DNA of 64,000 bases from the human T2T-CHM13v2.0 reference genome, Homo sapiens (GCF_009914755.1 NC_060929.1); one strand, 5' to 3'; counted from the first letter of the stretch, positions 47,101 through 64,000 are shown. The notes: generated by a model from the letters alone, not told the origin. Translations and numbers: made by a program.

Positions 47101-47402
47101 TTTCTTTTTTTTTTTGTTTTGAGATGAGGTCTCACTCTGTTGTCTAGGCTGGAGTGTGGTGATGCAATCCTATCTCACTGTAGCCACAACATCCTGGGCT
47201 CAGGTGATCCTCTCACCTCAGCCTCCTGAGTAGCTGAGACTATAGGCATCCACCACCATACTCGGTTAATTTTTTAAACTTTTTGTAGAGATGGGGCTTT
47301 GCCACGTTGCCCAGGCTGGTCTTGAACTCCTGAGCTCAAGTATTCTGCCTGCCTCAGCCTCCCAAAGTGCTGGGATTACAGGCCGAGCCACTGAACCCAG
47401 CC
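47101..47402 (-). mobile_element. AluJ-like, antisense
   Basis: poly-T plus diverged dimer. Confidence 0.9.
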
Positions 47403-47663
47403 ACTTTGACACTTTTCAGCTGAGGTTTAGTTTTCTTATCTGTAACATGTGGATAATATTAACCCTGCCCTTATAGCATTGTGTGATTTAACTGTGCCAA
47501 AGCATATAGTCTTGGCAGTACAAGTTGACACATAGTTGTTCAATAAATGCCATCCATTATTAAGAGTAATGCACAAAAGGCATAGAGAAAGCATGTTGTT
47601 TGTCAAGTAATTTCATTCCATGACAAAGGGCAATTAAATTTAACTTATTTTTCCTTTTGTTGG

Positions 47664-47762
47664 AATGGAGAAACACCATTCTTTCTGAGTGTTGAAGGAG
47701 GTCATGAAGAGTGCAGCAAAGTGCTGCTGACAGCAGGAAGTGACACCAACATTCCAAATAAA
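47664..47762 (+). pseudogene. ANKDD1B: silenced ankyrin-repeat exon of ANKDD1B (NGETPFFLSVEGGHEECSKVLLTAGSDTNIPNK); acceptor GG instead of AG
   Basis: 99 nt, phase 0, stop-free, ankyrin consensus; donor gtatgt intact; pyrimidine tract intact but followed by tGG|. Confidence 0.85.
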
Positions 47763-49527
47763 GTATGTGTTCCAGACCATGTTCACTCATGCAGTGGGAA
47801 GGAGACTTAAAATGTTCTTTGGAAACACTGGTCCTACATTGATCCACTCACTGGTACTTTAGAATTAATATTTATAATATGCTTTGTTTTTGGTAAGAAT
47901 TAATGATTTACCTCTAATATTCCCCAGTTACTGTGTCCTCAAAAGCAATGCCATTCTTTCTATTCTTTTGGGGAAGGAATAATTGAAAATGGGGCAAAAT
48001 GAGCAAGTACTTGTCACTTCTTAGAAACAGACACTCTATTCTACTTTGTTTTTTCATAGCAACTAGTGCACGCTTGGCTTATACAGAGAAGACGCTGAAA
48101 AAAAAGTTTATTGTGTGAAAGCTCAAGTGGTCAGCCTGGTGCAGGAAGAAGGAAGGATGGTGCCTTCCTCTAAATGCAGAATACTTTTGTATGTAGTCAT
48201 TGTGCTAAGAACCTTTGAAACTTTTGAGACTGTGTTATTATTTTTATTTTTTTAGATCACAAAAATAGAATTTGGAAAAGTTAAGGAAATCATTCAGAAT
48301 CATACAACTAGTCAATAGCAGTGCAAGGATTCAAACTAATGTCTGACACCAGTGCCTCAGCTTTTAACCCCTGCAATGGCTTTGTCTTCAGATGGTTTAG
48401 TTTCTTTTTCTGTTTTTCTAATTAATTGTAATGAAAACTCATGACAAAAAATTTGAATAGCACCAAAGGGTATATGATAAAAAAGTGTCTTACTCCAACC
48501 CCACATCGCAATTTTACTCCCCAGAACTAACATCCTTAATAGTTTATTTAGTCTTCCAGGAATTTTCCATGAATCCACATGGAAAATGTAATTAAATCCA
48601 TACACATATATATACCAACACTGTATAAACAGTAGCACAGTATATAATATATGCTGCTCTGCACCTTGGTTTCTTTTGATTGCCAATATATTTTAGAGAT
48701 CTTTATATCCACACAATATATAAACAATTTCTTTTCAACAAGTACAAATTTAAACACGCAAGAATAAATTCCCAATCAAGAATAAAGTCCCAAACTGGCA
48801 TGTTTGATACCCTGTATTCTGCTGGTGGGAGTCTATATTTGTATAATCTTTCGAAAAGCAATTTGTCACTTTCCTTTTAACCACACATGGAAAATTATGT
48901 TAAGGAAATAATTTAAAAGGCAGAAAGCTAGCTGCATGCATTCAGATAGATGATAAAGTTAGCTCCAATAGCCAAGAACTAGATACAACATATACGTGGA
49001 ATGAAAGGTAGGAGAAGGCTGAAAGAAGGTTTGGTGCATCTACTTGGAAAATTATGTAGCTGTTAAAAATTATAGTGATAAATACTAAAAATATGTTGCA
49101 ATATTGAACATGTTAATCATAGAACACTAATTGAAAAAATATAGTATAGTAAATATTAATATAATATTGGATTTATATATACATGCACAGGGATTGTGAG
49201 AGAGGAAAATCAAAGTAGTGTGAGTTGATTCCCACTGAAGTTGCAAGGTTATTGATGCAATAAATAAACACAAAGTTAAGAATTCATGGGAGGTGGGAGG
49301 AGCCAAGATGGCCGAATAGGAACAGCTCCGGTCTACAGCTCCCAGCGTGAGCGACGCAGAAGACAGGTGATTTCTGCATTTCCATCTGAGGTACCGGGTT
49401 CATCTCACTAGGGAGTGCCAGACAGTGGGCGCAGGCCAGTGTGTGCGCGCACCGTGCGCGAGCCGAAGCAGGGCGAGGCATTGCCTCACCTGGGAAGCGC
49501 AAGGGGTCAGGGAGTTCCCTTTCCGAG

Positions 49528-49743
49528 TCAAAGAAAGGGGTGACGGACGCACCTGGAAAATCGGGTCACTCCCACCCGAATATTGCGCTTTTCAGACCGG
49601 CTTAAAAAACGGCGCACCACGAGACTATATCCCACACCTGGCTCAGAGGGTCCTACACCCACGGAATCTCGCTGATTGCTAGCACAGCAGTCTGAGATCA
49701 AACTGCAAGGCGGCAGCGAGGCTGGGGGAGGGGCGCCCGCCAT
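49528..49743 (-). CDS. L1 ORF0 (71 aa, MAGAPPPASLPPCSLISDCCASNQ...RHPFL)
   Basis: antisense ORF in the L1 5' UTR, ATG at 49743-49741, contained in track ORF 49528..49812. Confidence 0.8.
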   Translation of the reverse strand: MAGAPPPASLPPCSLISDCCASNQRDSVGVGPSEPGVGYSLVVRRFLSRSEKRNIRVGVTRFSRCVRHPFL

Positions 49744-50198
49744 TGCCCAGGCTTGCTTAGGTAAACAAAGCAGCCGGGAAGCTCGAACTGGGTGGAGCCC
49801 ACCATAGCTCAAGGAGGCCTGCCTGCCTCTGTAGGCTCCACCTCTGGGGGCAGGGCACAGACAAACAAAAAGACAGCAGTAACCTCTGCAGACTTAAGTG
49901 TCCCTGTCTGACAGCTTTGAAGAGAGCAGTGGTTCTCCCAGCACGCAGCTGGAGATCTGAGAACGGGCAGACTGCCTCCTCAAGTGGGTCCCTGACCCCT
50001 GACCCCCGAGCAGCCTAACTGGGAGGCACCCCCCAGCAGGGGCACACTGACATCTCACACGGCAGGGTATTCCAACAGACCTGCAGCTGAGGGTCCTGTC
50101 TGTTAGAAGGAAAACTAACAACCAGAAAGGACATCTACACCGAAAACCCATCTGTACATCACCATCATCAAAGACCAAAAGTAGATAAAACCACAAAG

Positions 50199-51215
50199 AT
50201 GGGGAAAAAACAGAACAGAAAAACTGGAAACTCTAAAACGCAGAGCGCCTCTCCTCCTCCAAAGGAATGCAGTTCCTCACCAGCAACGGAACAAAGCTGG
50301 ATGGAGAATGATTTTGACGAGCTGAGAGAAGAAGGCTTCAGACGATCAAATTACTCTGAGCTACGGGAGGACATTCAAACCAAAGGCAAAGAAGTTGAAA
50401 ACTTTGAAAAAAATTTAGAAGAATGTATAACTAGAATAACCAATACAGAGAAGTGCTTAAAGGAGCTGATGGAGCTGAAAACCAAGGCTCAAGAACTACG
50501 TGAAGAATGCAGAAGCCTCAGGAGCCGATGCGATCAACTGGAAGAAAGGGTATCAGCAATGGAAGATGAAATGAATGAAATGAAGCGAGAAGGGAAGTTT
50601 AGAGAAAAAAGAATAAAAAGAAATGAGCAAAGCCTCCAAGAAATATGGGACTATGTGAAAAGACCAAATCTACGTCGGATTGGTGTACCTGAAAGTGATG
50701 TGGAGAATGGAACCAAGTTGGAAAACACTCTGCAGGATATTATCCAGGAGAACTTCCCCAATGTAGCAAGGCAGGCCAACGTTCAGATTCAGGAAATACA
50801 GAGAACACCACAAAGATACTCCTCGAGAAGAGCAACTCCAAGACACATAATTGTCAGATTCACCAAAGTTGAAATGAAGGAAAAAATGTTAAGGGCAGCC
50901 AGAGAGAAAGGTCGGGTTACCCTCAAAGGAAAGCCCATCAGACTAACAGCGGATCTCTCGGCAGAAACCCTACAAGCCAGAAGAGAGTGGGGGCCAATAT
51001 TCAACATTCTTAAAGAAAAGAATTTTCAACCCAGAATTTCATATCCAGCCAAACTAAGCTTCATAAGTGAAGGAGAAATAAAATACTGTATAGACAAGCA
51101 AATGCTGAGAGATTTTGTCACCACCAGGCCTGCCCTAAAAGAGCTCCTGAAGGAAGCGCTAAACATGGAAAGGAACAACTGGTACCAGCCGCTGCAAAAT
51201 CATGCCAAAATGTAA
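50199..51215 (+). CDS. L1 ORF1p, 338 aa, open
   Basis: full length; REKG, ARR and YPAKLS motifs intact. Confidence 0.96.
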   Translation: MGKKQNRKTGNSKTQSASPPPKECSSSPATEQSWMENDFDELREEGFRRSNYSELREDIQTKGKEVENFEKNLEECITRITNTEKCLKELMELKTKAQELREECRSLRSRCDQLEERVSAMEDEMNEMKREGKFREKRIKRNEQSLQEIWDYVKRPNLRRIGVPESDVENGTKLENTLQDIIQENFPNVARQANVQIQEIQRTPQRYSSRRATPRHIIVRFTKVEMKEKMLRAAREKGRVTLKGKPIRLTADLSAETLQARREWGPIFNILKEKNFQPRISYPAKLSFISEGEIKYCIDKQMLRDFVTTRPALKELLKEALNMERNNWYQPLQNHAKM

Positions 51216-51278
51216 AGACCATCGAGACTAGGAAGAAACTGCATCAACTAACGAGCAAAATCACCAGCTAACATCATA

Positions 51279-55106
<3,828 letters not shown>

Positions 55107-57161
55107 ACAATGAAATCACATGGACACAGGAAGGGGAATATCACACTCTGGGGACTGTGGTGGGGTCGGGGGAGGGGGGAGGGATAGCATTGGGAGATAT
55201 ACCTAATGCTAGATGACATGTTAGTGGGTGCAGCGCACCAGCATGGCACATGTATACATATGTAACTAACCTGCACAATGTGCACATGTACCCTAAAACT
55301 TAAAGTATAATTAAAAAAAAAAAATTAAAAAAAAAAAAATTAAAAAAAAAAAAAGAATTCATGGGAGCCATGAAATATTCAGAATGTGGAGAATGTGGAG
55401 AGCTGTGCCTCTACAGTCATTACACAGGTGCCTCCTTGTCCCCAGTCGGTATCCCCCTTCAAGTTCCTGGGAAGGCTTCCCAGGTTAGCAAGACTCTGTC
55501 AGGCTTACTCCATTATTTTGTACACTGCCTTACCCTTGTCCTTAATTATTTTGCCCTTAAGTATTTTGCTTTGTAGTGATTTTCATATGCACACGTTCTC
55601 CCCATCCGACTGAGACTTCAGGCTCCATATTGCCCCTGTCCTTACAGCCAGTGGTCTCAGCTGCTCTAGGCAGCCTGGAAATGATCGTGAATCCATTTTT
55701 TAGCTTTTACTTTTAGAATTTTTCCCGAGTTCATCAGCACACTTCTCAATCAACAACCTCAGCCCCCACTAGCTATCCACACCTATCTGTCCAACCCAGT
55801 GAAAACCCTGGGGAGAAAAGCAGTGTGAAGCAAGAAGCCAACAGCAAGAACACACACGAGCCCGGGATGGGTTGGACTTTGGTTTGCTTTCACATTTGTA
55901 GGTGATTGCTGTGTTTGATCTTGGACACACTTCACCTGCTGACACTGAGTCTTGGTTTCCAGGAGATTGCTTTTGTGCTCCCTCCCACCTCCCCATCATC
56001 AAGGGGAGTGGGTAAAGGGTTGAGTCATTTCTAAGGAGGATGTTGGAGTGAGATTATGAATGTAGTTGACACCTGGCTTCCTCCATTTGTGTTGGGTGGA
56101 GGGGCTGCCCAGAGTTAGGGCAACAGGCTCTCTTTAGGGCCCTATTAACTGCCCTGGGTCCAATAAAGGCTTTTGTAGGTCCTAAAAACTCATTCCTGGA
56201 GGTCCTACCTCACATTTTATCATACATATTTAAGTGCTCCCACATTCCTCTTTACTTTTTTTTTTTTTTTTTGCTGGTAATTGCTCTAAAAGGCTTTTTT
56301 GTTTTTGCTTTTTGCAATTATTTGGCTATGACAGACTCACCTAATTTATGATTCACTCTGATTTCTTAGAACTCTGTGTGCATAATTGGGAATTTGAGGG
56401 AGGTGAAAAAATGCAACCTACAAATTGTTTATAAATATGAATATTTTATGAATATTACATTTAACAATCAATGAAGTATGAATGTCAATTAAATATTTAT
56501 TCACTTCAATTTTGTGGTTTTCTTTTGGTATCGTGGAACCAATAATTTTTTTATGTTTTACATTTTAACGGTTTCTTTGGCACATAAAAAGTCTGTAGGC
56601 CCTACACACGGAGCCCATGATGCCTAGAGGTAAATGCTGTGGACTCCTACTACAGGGTTCCTGCTTTGAGTTTCTTGTAAATTTGTTTCTGCTTTAGGTG
56701 GCTTCTGATCTTCCCAGGGAGGGCACTTCTGACCATTCTGATCTCAGTTTAAATGTCACCTTATCCAAGAAGGCTTTGTTGATCAGCCATTAGAAAGTAG
56801 CCAACAAGTCATGCTATTTTATGTCTTGCTGTAGAACTTACAACTAGCTGATGTTATTCTTCTAACAACATCTAGAATCTAAAAAGCAGATTTAATTTAA
56901 GTCCACTGATCTGCTGATCTACAAGTCTACCAATCTATGGATCAATTGATTGTCCACCACCACTGAAATGTAATGTCTGAGATCTCGTCAGTGTTGTTTA
57001 CCAACATATCCCTCCACTATCTAAAATAGTGCCTGGCACAAAATAAGTGCTCAATATATTTTTTGTGGAATGGATAAAATAATAGTTACGGTTACCATAC
57101 ACATTTACTGGCTCACGTATCCTCCCAGTAGTATTGTGATTTCAGAGAAAGAAGGGGGTGA

Positions 57162-57666
57162 TGTGGTAGGCAGGGTCAGGTTCCCCACCCCAGAGATGTT
57201 CACATCGCAATTCCCGGAACCTGTGAATATGTTATGTTACATGGCAAAGGAGAATTTAAATTGCAGATGGAATTAAGGTTGCTAATTGGCTGATCTTAAA
57301 ATGAGATTCTCCTGGATTACCAGGTGGGCCCAATGTAATCATAAGGATCCTTTAAAGAGGAAGAGGGAGGCAGACGAAGATGTCAGTGATGCAATGTGAG
57401 AAGGCCTCAGCTAACTGTTGCTGGTTTTGACAATGGAGCAAGGGGGTGTGAGCCAAAGAACATAGGAGGCTTCTAAGACCTGTAAGAGACAAGGAAGTGG
57501 ATTCTCCTGAGAGCCTCCAGAAGGGAACATAGGTCTGCGAACTTCTTTTTTTAGCCCAGTGGGATCCATTTCGGACTTCTGACCTCCAGAACTATAAAAT
57601 AAAACATTTTTATTAAGCCACTAATTTTATGGCAATGTCTTATAACAACAATAGAAAACTAATATA
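57162..57666 (+). mobile_element. MLT1D-like MaLR LTR
   Basis: tgtggtaggcag...gaacctgtgaatatgtta...gacttctgacctccagaact. Confidence 0.85.
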
Positions 57667-57799
57667 GGGGCCATTTTTACAGGCAAAGACAAAGAGGCCC
57701 GTACTTGACAGGCCACATATCCAAGGTCATATAGGCATTTAGCATCATGCAAGCTAGATTTCAGTTGGTCAGAGATATACAGGTCATTGCTGTTGGCAT

Positions 57800-58355
57800 C
57801 TGTTCCATTATCTATTGCTTCCTAACAATCCAACCCAAAGCTCAGTGGCTTAAAACAACAATGTATTATTATTTTCATGGCTCTGTGGGTTGACTGGGCT
57901 CAGCTGAGAGGATTCTTAGTTTGAGTTTATTATGTGATTACAGTTGGAAGTCAGCCAGGATTTTGAAGGCTTACCTGAGCCCAATACCCAAGAGAGTACA
58001 CTCACATGCCTGGCAGTTAATGCTGGCTGTCAGGTGGGAGCTCACCTGGGCCTCACCATGTGCCTCAGCCTACAGCCTGGGAACTGGCCTCTAAGAGGAA
58101 CGATTACAAGAGCAGGCATTACAAAAGGCAGAGAGCAGCAGCTGCCAGGCTAGTTAGGGGCCATGCCTGGAACTGGCACGCTGGAATTTCTGCCATATTC
58201 TATTGGTCAAAGCAGTTACAGGGTCGACCCAGATTCAAGGAGGTGGAGAAATAAACCCCACCTCTTGATGAAGGGAGTGGCAAAGACATATTGCAGAGGA
58301 GCCTGTGGGACAGGAGATACTGATGCAGCCATTTTGGGAAAGCAATCTCCAACAG
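57800..58355 (-). mobile_element. old MaLR LTR (MLT1H/G-like)
   Basis: cagtggcttaaaacaacaa...tgactgggctcagctg...ccagattcaagg. Confidence 0.65.
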
Positions 58356-58828
58356 CATCCTTATTTGGAAGATGTGAAAATACTTTGTAGCAATCTTACA
58401 ATTAATCAGTCAACAACCAATTCATTGACTTTGTATTATTGCAAGGCACCATGCTGGGCCATTTGGAGGATGGCAGGAGTGCCAGGAGCAGACCATCCCC
58501 TCAAGCAGTGTGCCCGACTCCTTGGGCACTAAGCAAAGACAGCTGAGCACAGGGAAGGAGAGGCGCTGAAAGGGCCGAGTAGGAAGATGATGAGGGAAGC
58601 TGCAAGTAGAAATTATGCTGAGCATTGAATGTCTGCCTAGCACAGGGGAGACTGGCAGTAAACAGGGCTGCAGGAAACAGTCCTTTCTTGGGGCTAATAC
58701 CAAGTCACCTATTTGGTTCAAAGAGGGGTTTTGCTGAGGTGTATGGAGAGAAGACCTGGTTCTAGTCCACTTCCTACTTCCTGGGAGAAGGGAAATGAGG
58801 CTTTAACTCATATTTGCCCTAGGCATAG

Positions 58829-59379
58829 TGTCTTAGTCAGCTCAGGCTGCTATAAAAAATACCATAAAATTGGGTGACTTAACAAACATTTATTTCTCAT
58901 AGTTGTGGAGGTTGGAAGTCTGAGATCAGGGTGCTAGCAGATCAGGTTCTGATGAGGCCCTCTTCCTGGTTTACGGACAACTGTCTTGCTGTATCCTCAC
59001 ATGGCAGAAAGAGAACTAGCCAGCTCTCTGGCCTCTTTTTGCAAGGGCATGGGTCTCATTCATAAGGGTTCCACCCAGGGTTCATCTGGATTCAAAGGAG
59101 TGAAGAAAATAACCCTGCCTCTTGATGAGGGGAGTGGCAAGGTTATACTGCAGAGACTGTGGGAAAGGAGATACTGATGCAGCAATTGCGGGAAAGCAAT
59201 TTCCAGCAGCATCCTTAATTGAAAGACCTGCAAATACTTTGTAGCAGTCTTACAATTAATCAGTCAACAACGAATTACCTAATAACCTCCGAAAGTCCCC
59301 ACCTCCTATCATCATCACATTGACATTAGAGTTTCAACATATGAATTTTGGGAGGGACGCAAACATTCAGTCTGTTGCA
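58829..59379 (-). mobile_element. MLT1A-like LTR carrying a ~200-bp internal insertion
   Basis: tgtcttagtcagctcaggctgctata...tttcaacatatgaattttggg...aacattcagtc. Confidence 0.8.
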
Positions 59380-59476
59380 CACGTGTTCCCTAGGGCTCTG
59401 ACACTTTTATGGGAGACACTTAGAAAAAAACAATTAGGAAAAAACCACAATTGCTTTTGTACCATCCTAATAATAG

Positions 59477-59822
<346 letters not shown>

Positions 59823-59828
59823 TAAATA

Positions 59829-60105
59829 CAGCCATGCATCTCTGAATGACAGGGATATGTTATGAGGAATGCCTGATTTCATTGTGTGAACATAAATAGA
59901 GTGTACTTACCCAAACCTAGATGGTACAGCCTACAACACACTATATGGTATATCTATTGCTCCTAGGCTACAAACCTGTACAGCATAGTAACATAGTAAC
60001 ATAGTTAAGTACTTGTGCCATAGGAATTTTTCAGTTCCATTGTAATCTTATGGGACCACTTCAAGTCTGTCATTGACCAAATCACTGTTAAGTGATGCAC
60101 GACTG
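59829..60105. mobile_element. Tigger3-like MITE
   Basis: ta|cagccatgcatc...gatgcacgactg|ta terminal inverted repeats with TA flanks. Confidence 0.75.
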
Positions 60106-60167
60106 TAGTTGTACTATTTCATTGTATTAACTGATTACCATGTCATAAACACCAGAAAACATGCTGA

Positions 60168-60326
<159 letters not shown>

Positions 60327-61552
60327 TGACACGGGCTTTGGTCCTGGCGCCGTGAGGTTGGCTGTGTCAGGGAGATGCCCCTTGCAGATACGTGTAGGAG
60401 ATGAGATGTTTCACAAGGGAGGAATTCTTTCTGGGAAGGCTGGCTGACTTCTTTTGGAGGCTGAGTCTTAATCTTGAGAAATAAAATCCGAGGGATGAAT
60501 TTTAGAAAGTCATTGAAGTTCCTGAACAAAATGAAATCTTTGTGTTTTAAATATTTGTATTTGCCGCAAAAAAGCTTTCTCATACGTCTAGAGATGCCAT
60601 TACTCTTGTATTAATTTTATTAGTCTGGGAAAATAATGAAGCAGCTGTACATATCAAGAAGAGTGATAATTTTTCTCCCTTCACTGAATGTTCTTGTTTT
60701 TCTTTTGAAAGTCAATTCTTCATACTGATTTAGGTTTTCTGACGTTTGAATTGGCTTTGGCAGAATTAACAAAGGTCCTCTGTGCTGGAATTAAACAAGA
60801 AACATGCCTCTATTTTTCCACTCTATTTTCATTTCTCCGTTGAGAATATGATTTCCTCTGATCTTGCTGAGCCATTACTATTTATTGTATTAACTCAAGA
60901 GGAGGGATGTGGTTTAAATCATGTCAGATAGTTTTTGGAGCATGGTGTTGGGGGAATTGACTCTGAACTTACCTGGTTCAGTCCAAGGACACTTCCTGTT
61001 TCTCAGGAGGAGCTGGGCCCCTGCAAGGTGGGTGGCCCCGGCAAGAAGGCCAATGCCCACTTCTTTGCAATGTGGGATGCTTTCTCGTTTTTCATGCTTA
61101 GTGCTTCAAGGAGGTTATTCCTGAGCAGAAGAGACCTACACAGAAATTCTTCCTTTCATGCTGCTCCCATAGCCCTGCTCACATCATCTGTCTGCTCTGA
61201 CCCTTGCTGGCCTCCGACAGTCTCTGACTTACTCAGCTGTGGTCTTCTACCTGTCCCCTCGTCTCCCCTCCCTCCATCTGCTGGTGACACTCTTGCCAAC
61301 TCACTGTGGTCTCTCTTCCATCCATCTACCCCCATCTCCTGAGACAGAGCCTGGTGCAGATGGTAGAGTCAGAAAGGTCTGGGTTCAAGTCCTGTCTCTG
61401 CCACTTCCTTGCTGCATGGCCTTGTGGAAGTTACTGATCCTCTTTGTGTCTCATGTATGAAGTGGGGAATATGAGATCAAATGTCTAGGGTTATTGACGT
61501 GATTTTTGAAAAACTGTCAGCCTGGTGTTTAAAACAGAGTATAAACTGTTAG

Positions 61553-61770
61553 GGCAGCCTGGGCAACATGGCAAGACCCCATCTCTACAAAAATTTAAAA
61601 ATTAGCCAAGCACAGTGGTGCATGCCTGTAGCCTCAGCTACTTGGGAGGCTGAGGTGGGAGGTTCGCTTGAACCCAGGAGTTTCAGGTTACAGTGAATGA
61701 CGATGACTCCATTGCCCTCTAGCCTGGGCAACAGAGTGAAACCCCATCTCTGAAAAAAATAAATAAAAGA
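61553..61770 (+). mobile_element. 5'-truncated AluJ/FRAM
   Basis: gcagcctgggcaacatggcaagacccc...A-rich tail. Confidence 0.85.
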
Positions 61771-63078
61771 AACAGTTGGGGAAGTGAATGTGTAATAAGC
61801 ACCACGATGAGAATGTGCTGAGTGTGTCTGATGCGTATCATTAATATCAGCTATTCCACTTGAGCGACGCTGCCCTTGTCCTAATCACTCACCCTCGTAG
61901 GCGCCTGTTCCCTCTCGCCACTCGCTTCACACTCAGCTCGGCTCCGGATCTGCACAGTGTCACTGGATCTTCAGCCCTTGCTGTCACACCCCTGTCCACC
62001 TTCCCCTGGTGCCCCGCCTCCCTCCCTTATCATGCTGGATGCCCCTCACCTCCCTCTCTCTCATGCCTTAATCGCTTCTGCCCTCACTTCCCTTCGTTGT
62101 TTCTTCCCTCCCTTTTCGCCCCGCTCAGCTGCCGTCTCTACTCCTGGAGGCATGTCTCCTCTCATGTCTCCACAGGCCAGTGGCAGCTGGGTGGGACTGT
62201 AGCAGCACAGGAGCCTGGAGGCAAAGTGTCGGGGGTAGATACAGGCCCTGTGGCCTAGCAGGGCTGGGTAAGAAGCCAGTGGTTGGGATAAGTGAGAGGG
62301 GCCGGGGGCTCCATGAAGGGCTGTGGCTGGGAAGACAGGTGGTTTAGCCACAAAGGAGAACGGGAGAGCAGGCTGCAGAGGGCTTGGTGACCACCTTGTG
62401 GCTAGACTCCGTGCGGGGAGAGCTGAGCATGAGGATGGTGCCCCTGAGTAAGGGGGACACGAGTCCTACAGGGCACACTGAGGAGTCGGGGCTCCAGAGC
62501 AAATCAATTCAGGAAATTCCAAATGTGCAATGATTTTGCCCTTGTGGCTACTCTTATTGCCCTTTAGCTTTTTGAAGTCTCTGAGAAGTCCTGTGGTTCA
62601 GCCTATTTAACACTTACTTATCCTTCATATTTGAGTTTAAATGTCAGTTCTTCAGAATAGTCTTTTCTGACCTCCTGAAAGGTCAGCCTTCCCCCTATCC
62701 CCACACTGGCTCTTCTACTTCCAAAGCACTTAATTGTATACTGTATTTGTGTGACTTAAAAAAATTAATATTTGCTTACCTGACTAGATTGGAAGATTCC
62801 TGAGAATGAGTTTGTTCACACTAAATCCCTAGCAACCTGAAAAGAGCTTGGCCCATAGTAGGTGCTTAGTATGTTGTTCCAGAAAGAACAAAGGGGGTGG
62901 GCCGATTGCTGGGGAACGAGTTTGTTTCAAAGCCTTGGGATGACAATAAATGCTGAACACTTACTAAGGGTCACCACTGGGATGGGCAGTTTCGGTACTT
63001 GGGAGATCATCAGGAAATAGCTGCTGAAATGAGTTGCTTTTTGATTTGAATGTTGAAGCCAGAACCTTCTGGATTTGA

Positions 63079-63237
<159 letters not shown>

Positions 63238-64000
63238 TAGTTTCAACACAGTGTGTGTTTATGGGGAGTTTTGATTAAGTTCAAGGTACCTAAAAATTCC
63301 TGGGAGGAACATGAGCATCCTTTTTATCCTTTTCCTTCTGTAACTCTCACTCCATCTCCATGACCACACACATACTTTCGTCTTTCTCAGCCACACAACT
63401 GGAGTTCAGCCATTGCGTGATTAAATCCTTCATGTTTAACAGGCCCAGCATTTTTGATAGAAAAACAGTAGCTCAGAGCTAAATGGCCAGAGGCTCTTTA
63501 AATCAAAAGCCACTCCCCCAGAGTGAAATATTGTAATTGGCAGGGAGCCTTTCCCCCACAAGAAGGAAGCTTTGTTTCTATATTAAAGACAGTAAATGTA
63601 TCTTCTCTTTACCTAAAGGCAAAAGAGGCCTCTTGGAATAAAAGAAAAATCACTCCAATTTCAGTCAACTGGAGCAGAATCAAATGACTCGTTAAAGTAA
63701 TCCATCACTGGCTGGAAATGGGAATGCCGCAACGGAATGATGAAGGGAATGGGGGTGGGCACTGAATGAGCCTGCTCTCTGGGGCTCTTCTGGGGCTGGC
63801 CTGCCCTCTTCCAGGATATGTAGGGGAGTGGGAAGAGGAGCCTTTCCAGGGTCCCGAGGCCAGATGAGACCTTCTGGCTGCCTCTTCCCAGAGAAGGCTC
63901 TGCGGTGCCCTTCCGGCTAGGGAGGAGCCATGGTGCAGTGGGCATGCCTGCCTGTCCTAATACACTGTGAAACCAGAGCGTTGACTCAGATCTCTGCAGT

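Overview
Human-type (primate) genomic DNA matching the POLK-ANKDD1B locus (5q13.3, recognised from the translated exons). 952-5092 holds the last four coding exons of DNA polymerase kappa (POLK, +), followed by its 3' UTR. The repeat-rich intergenic region contains a complete 960-bp HERV-K(HML-2) LTR5_Hs solo LTR with a 6-bp TSD, and an SVA SINE-R fragment next to a CpG-island promoter. ANKDD1B (+) follows, with coding exons 1-9 in the window (18705-63198), mostly one 99-nt ankyrin repeat per exon. Main discovery: a hidden, stop-free 99-nt ankyrin-repeat exon at 47664-47762. It keeps its donor, pyrimidine tract and putative branch point, but its acceptor reads GG instead of AG, so it looks like a recently silenced exon. 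1.5 kb downstream lies a full-length, sense-oriented young L1 with intact ORF1 and ORF0, whose ORF2 frame is broken by a single nonsense codon (K57*). Other oddities are an in-frame stop-free 105-nt intron, two local duplications (one apparently templated into an LTR) and a 49-bp L1 insertion with a 16-bp TSD. Repeat subfamily names come from recalled consensus sequences and were not checked by a search.
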